DNA from: an uncultured Gammaproteobacteria bacterium
GTDB taxonomy: Bacteria > Patescibacteriota > Microgenomatia > UBA1406 > GWC2-37-13
Direction: 5' to 3'
Length of the DNA: 64,000 nucleotides
Assembly (NCBI GenBank): GCA_964543535.1
Contig: CAZIYS010000001.1
Coordinates: 195,159-259,158 of the forward strand
This document shows positions 46,759-54,180 of this stretch, piece by piece. A model generated the notes under the pieces. The model did no database searches, had not been told where the DNA came from, and saw only the letters and a program-made list of their open reading frames with translations. Both the position numbers and the translations under genes were made by a program. Numbering within the stretch: position 1 is the first letter of the stretch; every line of letters starts with the position of its first letter.

Positions 46759-48276
46759 TCATTCAATGTAATGAGCTCCGAGGCTTTTGGGACGAGCTAA
46801 GGCCGCTTTAGTGATAATCGTCGCTACCTCTAATAAATTAATTACCTCAAGCAGTTTTTTTAATGTCTTACTATCCCCTTTTATTTTAACAACTTCATTC
46901 ATTTTCAAATTATTAATTTTATTTATTTCCTTAACTATTTTTTTCATTTTTACAAAATAATTAAGTGCTGATATTAATTCACTTTTTCTTCTTACGATGC
47001 CAACTTTTTCCCACATAATTTTTTTAATATCTTTTTTCATTTTATTTAATAAATCTTTATTTTTTTTATTAAATACAGCTGTTAAATTTTTATTTTTTCC
47101 CTGCCCCTCGAAGCCCGAAGGACGAAGTGGGGTTCTTTGATAATTATTCCTTATATATCCACTGACTTGTTTTCCAAAGACAACTGCCTCAAGAAGCGAA
47201 TTGGAAGAGAGCCGGTTTGCCCCATGGACTCCGGTCGCCGCTACCTCTCCAACTGCAAATAGATTTTTAACGGAAGTTTTCCCTTGGAGATCAGTCGTGA
47301 TTCCCCCACATAGATAATGAGCGGCCGGCGTGATGGGAATACGGTCTTTTGTCAAATCAAAACCATATGTTTTTAGTCTTTTGTAAATATTAGGAAATTT
47401 TTTAATGATCTGTCTTTTATCAATATGGCTCATTGTAAGATAGACCGCTGAATTTTTTTGTTTTTCATAAATTATCCGGGAAAGTTCGTCGCGAAGGATA
47501 AGTTCCGAAACAAATCGGTTGCCTTTTTCATCAATGATTTGCGCCCCTTCTCCCCGCAGCCGTTCTGATAATAAAAATAAAGGAGAGATTTTGTATTTTA
47601 ATGCCGTCGGATGGAACTGGACAAACTCAACATCAGACAAATCTGCTCTAGCCCTTTTACCAATAGCAATGCCGTCTCCGGTGGCTACTTTTGGATTGGT
47701 TGTCCATTGGTAAACTTGTCCGGCGCCACCAGTGGCTAAAATAATCGCTTTGGCAAAAAAAGCGATAATTTTATTATCTTCGGTTAAAACAAAGATTCCC
47801 TCGCAAATATTATTTTTAACAATTAAATCAATTGCTAAAGAATTGTTAAAAATATTGATCTGTTTATTTTTAGTTACTTTATTTAAAAGTGTTGCTACAA
47901 TATCTTGACCGGTAAAATCAGTCGTGTGAAAAATCCTAGGCCTTCGATGACCGGCTTCCAGTGAAGGCGTGGTATCAAACAAAACTCCTTGATTTTTTAA
48001 CCAAAAAAATGCTTCCCTGCTGTTTTTGACAAGAAGAGAAACTGCCTTTTTTTTGTTATGATAGTCCCCTGCCTTTATTGTATCTTCAACATGCCAACCG
48101 GCCCGGTCATTTTTAGCGGTCATGGCCGCCATTCCACCTTGGGCTAAATTAGTTGATGAATCAGAGGGATTTTTTTTAGTGAAGATGGCAACGCTATCTG
48201 AGTTTCTCAAAGTCAAGGCAGTCGTCAATCCGGCCAGACCGGAGCCGATGATAATGTAATCAAACTTGTTTTTCAT
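46759..48276 (-). CDS. nadB: L-aspartate oxidase
   Basis: FAD motif IIGSGLAGL, plus RPRIFH and GANRLSSNSLLE. Confidence 0.9.
   Translation of the reverse strand: MKNKFDYIIIGSGLAGLTTALTLRNSDSVAIFTKKNPSDSSTNLAQGGMAAMTAKNDRAGWHVEDTIKAGDYHNKKKAVSLLVKNSREAFFWLKNQGVLFDTTPSLEAGHRRPRIFHTTDFTGQDIVATLLNKVTKNKQINIFNNSLAIDLIVKNNICEGIFVLTEDNKIIAFFAKAIILATGGAGQVYQWTTNPKVATGDGIAIGKRARADLSDVEFVQFHPTALKYKISPLFLLSERLRGEGAQIIDEKGNRFVSELILRDELSRIIYEKQKNSAVYLTMSHIDKRQIIKKFPNIYKRLKTYGFDLTKDRIPITPAAHYLCGGITTDLQGKTSVKNLFAVGEVAATGVHGANRLSSNSLLEAVVFGKQVSGYIRNNYQRTPLRPSGFEGQGKNKNLTAVFNKKNKDLLNKMKKDIKKIMWEKVGIVRRKSELISALNYFVKMKKIVKEINKINNLKMNEVVKIKGDSKTLKKLLEVINLLEVATIITKAALARPKSLGAHYIE
47102..47133. repeat. GC-rich palindromic element family B, in-frame copy inside nadB
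   Basis: The reverse complement differs by 1 nt from 58226-58257. Translated here as TPLRPSGFEGQG. Confidence 0.8.
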
Positions 48277-48324
48277 TTGTTAGAAACTTATAATAGTACA
48301 CGCCAAAACAAATAACAAATTGTA

Positions 48325-48391
48325 ATGACTCGGCAACGCAAATTTTTCACAAAACCTACAAAAGTGAAAAATTTGCTTTTGCCTGCGTCAT
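48325..48391. repeat. long imperfect hairpin in the nadB/nadA divergent region
   Basis: atgactcggcaacgcaaatttttcac / gtgaaaaatttgcttttgcctgcgtcat. Followed at 48396-48432 by a partial family E-like segment. Confidence 0.6.
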
Positions 48392-48593
48392 ATTTAGCAA
48401 AAGCGAGGCGCTTAATTTTTTGCGACTTTTTTATTGGCAAATTAAAATTTATGAAAACAACCTGTCTGAGTCAGATTTGAGGGAATTAAAATAAATTTTA
48501 TATATAAAAATAACTTTAATTTAGTTAAAATTCCGAAAACCTGACGAGTTTTGTTTGAATAAATTTTAATTTATCAATAGTTATCATATAAAT

Positions 48594-49538
48594 ATGAAAG
48601 ACAAAAAACTAGTTAGTGAAATAAAAAAGTGGCGGAAAAAAAGAGGTGCTTTGATCCTTGCCCACAACTATCAAATTCCCGCTATTCAGGATCTGGCTAA
48701 CTTTGTTGGTGACTCTCTAGAGCTTTCAAAACAAGCAGCCTCTTCTTCGGAAAAACTAATTATTTTTTGCGGAGTTCATTTTATGGCAGAATCTGCCGCT
48801 ATTTTTTCTCCTGAAAAAACCATTCTTATTCCTGATCTCAAGGCCGGTTGTTCTTTAGCCGCTTCAATCGACGCTGAAGAGTTACGCCGTTGGAAAGCTA
48901 AATATCCCGACGCCGTCGTTGTCAGCTATGTTAATACGACCGCCGAAGTCAAAGCTGAATCAGATTACTGTTGTACTTCGACCAATGCAGTCTCTGTTGT
49001 TAACGCTATTCCAAAAGATAAACGAATACTTTTTGTTCCTGATATGTTTTTAGGTGCTTATGTCCAAAAGAAAACCGGAAGGGATTTGATTATTTATCCC
49101 GGCGAATGTCATGTCCATGCCAAAGCCCGACCGCAAGATATTTTAGAGAAAATGAAAGATAATCCCCAGGCAGATTTTTTGATTCATCCTGAATGCGGTT
49201 GCGTTACCAACTGTATGCATTTTGTCGCCAACGGTGATATTCCGGCCGATAAAACCCACATTTTGTCAACCGGCGGGATGCTAAAACATGCCAAACAATC
49301 GAAAAAATCTGACTTTATTGTGGCCACCGAAACCGGGATTATTTATCAACTGAAAAAGCAAAATCCGGATAAAAACTTCGCTCCCCTGCGCGATGACATG
49401 GTCTGTCAGTTTATGAAGATGATAACTTTGCCAAAACTTTTAAACTCTCTTATCAACTTGGAGTTTGAAGTCAAAGTCCCAAAAAAAATAGCTGAAAAAG
49501 CCCGGATTCCAATTGAGCGGATGTTTGCAGTTTTGTAG
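48594..49538 (+). CDS. nadA: quinolinate synthase
   Basis: ILAHNYQ, VHFMAE and HPECGC motifs. Confidence 0.9.
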   Translation: MKDKKLVSEIKKWRKKRGALILAHNYQIPAIQDLANFVGDSLELSKQAASSSEKLIIFCGVHFMAESAAIFSPEKTILIPDLKAGCSLAASIDAEELRRWKAKYPDAVVVSYVNTTAEVKAESDYCCTSTNAVSVVNAIPKDKRILFVPDMFLGAYVQKKTGRDLIIYPGECHVHAKARPQDILEKMKDNPQADFLIHPECGCVTNCMHFVANGDIPADKTHILSTGGMLKHAKQSKKSDFIVATETGIIYQLKKQNPDKNFAPLRDDMVCQFMKMITLPKLLNSLINLEFEVKVPKKIAEKARIPIERMFAVL

Positions 49539-49558
49539 TGGCGTGATTTATCACGCCA
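49539..49558 (+). terminator. GC-rich hairpin directly after the nadA stop
   Basis: tggcgtga-ttta-tcacgcca, 8-bp stem. No U-tract. Confidence 0.4.
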
Positions 49559-49574
49559 TGATATTCAATTTTAT

Positions 49575-50510
49575 ATGAACAAATACATTAAAACATATTT
49601 CGACAAAAGTCGCTTTCTGACAACTAAAAATAAAACCTATGCTGAGACGTGTCTACAACTTTTTGATTTTCTAACAAAAAATGATGTCAGCGAAAATGAT
49701 ATTACTTCAAAGATAATTAACAACCAGTACAAAAATACAAAAGCCTGTATCATTACCAAACAACCGGGAATCGTTAGCGGCATTGAAGAAGTTGTTTATC
49801 TGATTGAAAAAAAAACTAATCTAAAGATAAAAATTGTTACAAAAGATGGAACATTAGTTAATAAAAAAGATTTGCTAATCAAACTTTTTGGTGATCCTTT
49901 GGAAATTCTTTCCTTTGAAAGAACTGTTTTAAATATTCTGGCCCGAATGAGCGGAATCGCCACCTATACTAATTCTCTTATTAAAAAAAATAACCTGAAG
50001 ACACCACTGGCTTCGACTCGAAAGACTTTATGGGGACTATTGGATAAAAAAGCTGTTTCTATCGGTGGCGGCTTAACACATCGACTATCACTTTCTGATG
50101 AAGTTCTTATCAAAGATAACCATATTGATATAATGGCAAAAAATTCGCAACTTACTCGACTTGAGAGCTTAAAAAAAATACTAACTTTTATAAAAAAAAG
50201 TGGAACAAAAAACCCGTTTGAAATGGAAGTGGAAAACGAAAAGGAAGCTTATTTTCTCAGTAATTTTTGTCAAAAAATAAATATTACTGCCCCGTTAATT
50301 ATTATGCTTGACAATTTTGAGCCTAAAATAGCCGAAAAAACGATAAAAACAATTAAAAAACAGAATAATTCTCGGCAGATTTTTTTTGAACTATCAGGCG
50401 GCATTAATGAAAAAAATATTAAGGATTATGATCAAGTCGGCGCCGACGTCATCTCTCTCGGCTCCCTTACTCACTCCCCCAAAGCCCTGGATATCTCGAT
50501 TGAACTGTAG
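49575..50510 (+). CDS. nadC: nicotinate-nucleotide pyrophosphorylase (quinolinate PRTase)
   Basis: ERTVLNILARMSGIAT, KDNHI, LDN and SGGI blocks. Confidence 0.8.
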   Translation: MNKYIKTYFDKSRFLTTKNKTYAETCLQLFDFLTKNDVSENDITSKIINNQYKNTKACIITKQPGIVSGIEEVVYLIEKKTNLKIKIVTKDGTLVNKKDLLIKLFGDPLEILSFERTVLNILARMSGIATYTNSLIKKNNLKTPLASTRKTLWGLLDKKAVSIGGGLTHRLSLSDEVLIKDNHIDIMAKNSQLTRLESLKKILTFIKKSGTKNPFEMEVENEKEAYFLSNFCQKINITAPLIIMLDNFEPKIAEKTIKTIKKQNNSRQIFFELSGGINEKNIKDYDQVGADVISLGSLTHSPKALDISIEL

Positions 50511-50533
50511 TAATGTATATTTAATGTTATTTT

Positions 50534-51598
50534 TTATGCTGGTAATATTTCCTGTAATTTAAATGGTAAATGTGAAGTCCTGTTTCTTTCTAAACCTAAA
50601 GCATCCATTCCTCCAACAAGACCAAAAAGAAAGTCTATATTTTTAAAAACAACCGAACCAGGAATATCTGTTCCATTTATACTTATAGTATCCTCTCCTG
50701 GCTTTATACACATATCAATTCCATACAAATCTGTCAAGAAATGTCTAATTTGAATACCTAATTGATTAAATGTTTCATTATTTAACATTTTTCCTTTTAA
50801 ATAAGTCTCATATAATTGAAGTCCAAAGACTCTTCTATAATAAGCTGAGTCCGGAAATATTCTGTAGGATAAGTTTCCACTATTTCTTATGTTCCAATAC
50901 GGACGAAATTTGGTAATCTCCAAATCGTGACTTTCATCCTCATGATTAACAACTACAGGAGGGTTATAAAATAAACTAACATCTTTTCCCAAAATACTTA
51001 ATGGCAAAGCAAAAACACTAATCATTATTTGATCAAGATCCGGATGTCTAAATTCTCCGTGAACCCCAAACGCATCTAAAACCGATGGAAATACAGGTAA
51101 CCCTGGAACAATTCTTTCTTGAGGTAAAATAGCCGTCGCCAAGGGGCCGGACGATAGAACACTTTCTCTCTCTTTTAGATATGCGGGGTCATTATATAGG
51201 GCCTCCAAACGATCTTGACCAGCGTTTTCAATAATTCCATCGCGACTAATTTGTCGAATTCTTTCCGGAGTTGGAAATCTTGTACTACGAAAAAGCACTA
51301 TATAATGTTCATTTATTGGAAATTGCATCCTTTGTAAAAATGCTAATTCTTTCATGCCGGGAATTACCTTTAACAAGGGATCTCGCAAGACATCGTCGTC
51401 AATAAGCACTTCAGCTAAATTAATTTCGTCCAATAAATTACTATCTAAATTATCTTCAGAAAATAATCTTTGCCTAGTTGTTTCTGGAAGAGGGGCCCTA
51501 CTGAATTTTGTCACAGCCGGTTCAGTGGTTATCTTTTTCCACTTTCGGACTAATTCTCCTCGAACTAAATGTGACTGGAACTCATTTTTATTTGTCAT
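50534..51598 (-). CDS. hypothetical protein, no family recognised
   Basis: 354-aa uninterrupted ORF with no TM helix and no motif I can place. Slightly GC-richer than the flanks by eye. Confidence 0.5.
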   Translation of the reverse strand: MTNKNEFQSHLVRGELVRKWKKITTEPAVTKFSRAPLPETTRQRLFSEDNLDSNLLDEINLAEVLIDDDVLRDPLLKVIPGMKELAFLQRMQFPINEHYIVLFRSTRFPTPERIRQISRDGIIENAGQDRLEALYNDPAYLKERESVLSSGPLATAILPQERIVPGLPVFPSVLDAFGVHGEFRHPDLDQIMISVFALPLSILGKDVSLFYNPPVVVNHEDESHDLEITKFRPYWNIRNSGNLSYRIFPDSAYYRRVFGLQLYETYLKGKMLNNETFNQLGIQIRHFLTDLYGIDMCIKPGEDTISINGTDIPGSVVFKNIDFLFGLVGGMDALGLERNRTSHLPFKLQEILPA

Positions 51599-51753
51599 AA
51601 GATAATAAAATTTAATTCTGTATACGTGAATAATAACTTATAGCATACCATAAAGAGGCCATTTTACATCTTAGTTAGGGATTTAAAATAAACTAACTAA
51701 TATTTTAAAAAATATTTTATACAATAACATCCATTATCATTTTCAAAAAAAAT

Positions 51754-51894
51754 ATGAAACTCATTAGGAAACTTTTTGGGATTGTTATTCTTTTTTCAAT
51801 TGCTGCAACAATTTTCGGGCTTGGATACATTGGTTATATTCCCGTCATTGCTAATTTATTAGGTACGAACAAACCGCACAATAACCCACCCTAA
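51754..51894 (+). pseudogene. 46-codon ORF that looks like the N-terminus of a truncated membrane-anchored protein
   Basis: MKLIRKLFGIVILFSIAATIFGLGYIGYIPVIANLLGTNKP, then an abrupt change in sequence character and a stop. Confidence 0.3.
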
Positions 51895-51908
51895 GGGTGT
51901 CTGAGACT

Positions 51909-52010
51909 ACATCCTCCTAATCTTACCTCAAGATAACACCCTCCAATTCTTACTTCTCGCTTCCATCCACCACGTCTTACTTCAAGATTGCTATCCATCA
52001 CGTTTAAGAG
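51909..52010. repeat. four degenerate ~27-bp tandem repeats
   Basis: Units start at 51909, 51936, 51963 and 51991. Shared core (c)atcc-N-cc-N4-5-cttac(c/t)tc. Confidence 0.6.
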
Positions 52011-52021
52011 TCAATTACAAC

Positions 52022-52095
52022 CCTGTACCAGAAAACCTTCGGTTTACGGTACAGGATTTAGGGACTGTAATCCAGACTGAGTCGGGAACAGTCCC
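52022..52095. other. two adjacent stable hairpins (8-bp GC-rich stems)
   Basis: cctgtacc...ggtacagg (52022-52055) and gggactgt...acagtccc (52061-52095). Confidence 0.35.
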
Positions 52096-52098
52096 TAC

Positions 52099-52146
52099 AA
52101 AAAAACGCGCCGGGCCCTTCGATAAGTTCTCCGGACTCGGCTGCGT
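52099..52146 (-). terminator. intrinsic-terminator-like structure on the minus strand
   Basis: Minus strand: a GC-rich interrupted stem (cgcagccg...cggcgcg) followed by TTTTTTT. Confidence 0.4.
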
Positions 52147-52340
52147 ATGAGTTTGTTAGTAGCTATTAACGATTAGCTATTAACTATTTGAAACTTCTTT
52201 ATCCGCACCATAAACCTTGAGAATAGTTTTCATCTTCGAAAACTATCAGACGATAAGTTCTCATAGTTTTTTTTAGATTTATGATTAAAGTTTGATCAGT
52301 CTTTAATCAAAACTTATAATTAAATTTATCCTATAATTAA

Positions 52341-52369
52341 ACATTAAAGGATATATTTTAGTTTGTCAA
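52341..52369 (-). promoter_or_regulatory. sigma70-like promoter on the minus strand within the ORF-free region
   Basis: TTGACA (52364-52369), 17 nt, TAATGT (52341-52346). Confidence 0.4.
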
Positions 52370-52411
52370 GTGCATTTTATAATCAACAAATTTTTATCTT
52401 AAATGCACGAA

Positions 52412-52484
52412 GACCCTGAAGACTCGCCCCTCGGGAGTGCGAGGCTGAAAGCCTCCAGACCGAGGTAAGAGTTCTTCATGGGTC
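52412..52484. other. compact GC-rich multi-stem element downstream of the TrmH-like gene
   Basis: Outer stem gaccctgaaga/tcttca-t-gggtc encloses ctcgc...gcgag and gaggc-tgaaa-gcctc. gggtcaagg is repeated at 52480 and 52514. Confidence 0.3.
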
Positions 52485-52563
52485 AAGGAGTTAGAAATTA
52501 ACCGTTATACTGGGGTCAAGGTACTATCAAGAATCGGCGGGGAGAAATAACCCTATAGCTATT

Positions 52564-53205
52564 TTAAAAAGGATTGATTACCCAATAGCTAACAATGGCG
52601 GCTGACACGATAACATTCAATGACTTGTTAATTCCCCACATTGGGATCTCAACGATTTTATCACATAATTTTAGCGTCTCCTCAGTCACTCCATATGATT
52701 CATTGCCAAGAATTAATGCTAAAGGCAAAGAATAATCGGCTTTTTGATAAGGAATTGAGTTTTTGGCCTGTTCGACGGCAATAATAGAAATAGGAACATG
52801 GAAGTTGGGTTTTGATGCGGGTTTGGAAGATTGAAGCTGGAAATTAGAATTTCTTCTATCTTCAATTTCTATCTTCTTAACTCGTTTCCAAACCTTCCTT
52901 CTATTCTCCATTTTTCTAAGTTCTTCAATCGCCTCCCCGGCCGTCTTCTTATATTCCCATGGCACAACTTTATAAGTTCCAATTGAAGCCTTTTTAATTC
53001 TCGAATTCGGCGGTACTTCCATCTCCCCGCAAAGATAAATTTTTTCAATCGCCAGAGCGTCGGCCAAACGAAACAATCCGCCGATATTATAGGTATCATA
53101 GATATTCTCCAAAATAAAGTAGATCGGCCGCCGCTTGATTAACTTTAGTTTGTCCGCAACTTCTTTTTCATCAACATCACGAAGTTCTTTAGCGTTAAGT
53201 TTCAT
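52564..53205 (-). CDS. SpoU/TrmH-family RNA 2'-O-methyltransferase with an internal basic insertion
   Basis: NIGGLFR, LILGNESYGV and IPMWGINKSLNV motifs. A ~40-aa Lys/Arg-rich segment lies between them. Confidence 0.75.
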   Translation of the reverse strand: MKLNAKELRDVDEKEVADKLKLIKRRPIYFILENIYDTYNIGGLFRLADALAIEKIYLCGEMEVPPNSRIKKASIGTYKVVPWEYKKTAGEAIEELRKMENRRKVWKRVKKIEIEDRRNSNFQLQSSKPASKPNFHVPISIIAVEQAKNSIPYQKADYSLPLALILGNESYGVTEETLKLCDKIVEIPMWGINKSLNVIVSAAIVSYWVINPF

Positions 53206-53226
53206 AGAGACATTATATAAGATTCA

Positions 53227-53285
53227 AATCTACGAATGAATGCTAATCTACTAATTATTCGTTGATTAGAATAAATTCGTAGATT
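53227..53285. repeat. long hairpin with perfect 11-bp outer arms
   Basis: aatctacgaat ... attcgtagatt, with an inner ctaatc/gattag pairing. Confidence 0.6.
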
Positions 53286-53314
53286 GGCATCATGTTGTTG
53301 GTATTACCCTATAG

Positions 53315-53343
53315 TTGACATCTCTACAATCTTATAGTATAAT
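53315..53343 (+). promoter_or_regulatory. consensus promoter placed for a leaderless transcript
   Basis: TTGACA, 17 nt, TATAAT, then only 6 nt to the ATG at 53350. Confidence 0.55.
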
Positions 53344-53349
53344 ACTCGC

Positions 53350-53979
53350 ATGAAAAAAATATTTGCTTTTTTCGTTGTTATTTTTTCATTTCTTGCCATA
53401 ACTGTTTCTGCTTCTGCCGGTTGCGGCGGACAGTACGAATCCCCTTGTCAATCGTATTCAATATTGGTTGATAAGATGGTCGCAAAACCAGGTACTGAAA
53501 ATTATGTAGATAATTTATCAATCTCTGATTATCCTCGCTTTGCACCTGGTCAAACTGTTTTATTTAAAGTGACTATAAAAAATACCTCAACCACCACTTT
53601 TGGCGGCATGACTGCCAAAGATTTTGTTCCGGATTATTTAACTCCTATTGAAGGACCTGGAACCTTTGATTCAACTACCAGAACAATTTCTTGGGATGCT
53701 GGTTTTTTTAATGTTGATGAACAAAAAACCTATTATTTTAAAATGCAGATTAACTCACAAGCCAATTTACCAGCTGATAAGGGTTTATTTTGTCTCGTAA
53801 ATAAAGCTCAAGCATGGTCAAATACTACAACTGATGACGACACATCTCAGCTTTGTGTCGAAAAACAGGTAGTTGGCGCTCCAAAAGTCCCTTCTGCCGG
53901 ACCGGAATTAGGAATACTATTACTTTCAGGTCAGGTAGCCTTATTAGGCGTTGGAATATACCTTAAAAGAAAAGTTTAA
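53350..53979 (+). CDS. secreted surface protein (DUF11-like repeat domain) with C-terminal sorting-signal-like tail
   Basis: Signal peptide. FKVTIKNTSTTTF...DFVPDYL. C-terminus is VPSAGPE, then a TM helix, then KRKV. Confidence 0.6.
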   Translation: MKKIFAFFVVIFSFLAITVSASAGCGGQYESPCQSYSILVDKMVAKPGTENYVDNLSISDYPRFAPGQTVLFKVTIKNTSTTTFGGMTAKDFVPDYLTPIEGPGTFDSTTRTISWDAGFFNVDEQKTYYFKMQINSQANLPADKGLFCLVNKAQAWSNTTTDDDTSQLCVEKQVVGAPKVPSAGPELGILLLSGQVALLGVGIYLKRKV

Positions 53980-54145
53980 TTTCTTACTCCATTTAATCAT
54001 TTCGTCATTTGTTCATTTTTTCATTTATTTGATTATTAGATTATTTGTTTATTTGATTATTTATTAGTCCTGTATTTCTTCGAAATAGGTCTATGTGTTT
54101 TCCTTGTGCATAAAAAAACCTATCTTTTCCCAATCAGCACTATAA

Positions 54146-54174
54146 TTGATTTTTGACTCTTGATGTGCTATACT
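54146..54174 (+). promoter_or_regulatory. strong sigma70-like promoter with extended -10
   Basis: TTGATT, 17 nt, (TGc)TATACT. Confidence 0.55.
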
Positions 54175-54180
54175 ATGGGG

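Noticed and set aside
52190-52210. DnaA-box-like ttatccgca, hence a replication origin near dnaB
   Set aside because: There is a single near-match. The other candidates need two or more mismatches, no dnaA/dnaN gene is adjacent, and there is no box cluster.
51880-52560. Known RNAs: group II intron, RNase P RNA, tmRNA, SRP RNA, hammerhead ribozyme
   Set aside because: Several signatures are missing:
- no GUGYG 5' end with a domain V-like AGC...GNRA hairpin
- no GGAAAGUCC or ACAGAA..CGGCUUA blocks
- no tRNA-like ends or tag ORF
- no GGAAGCAGCC motif

The CUGAAGA box lacks a correctly placed GAAA junction. This needs Infernal to be definitive.
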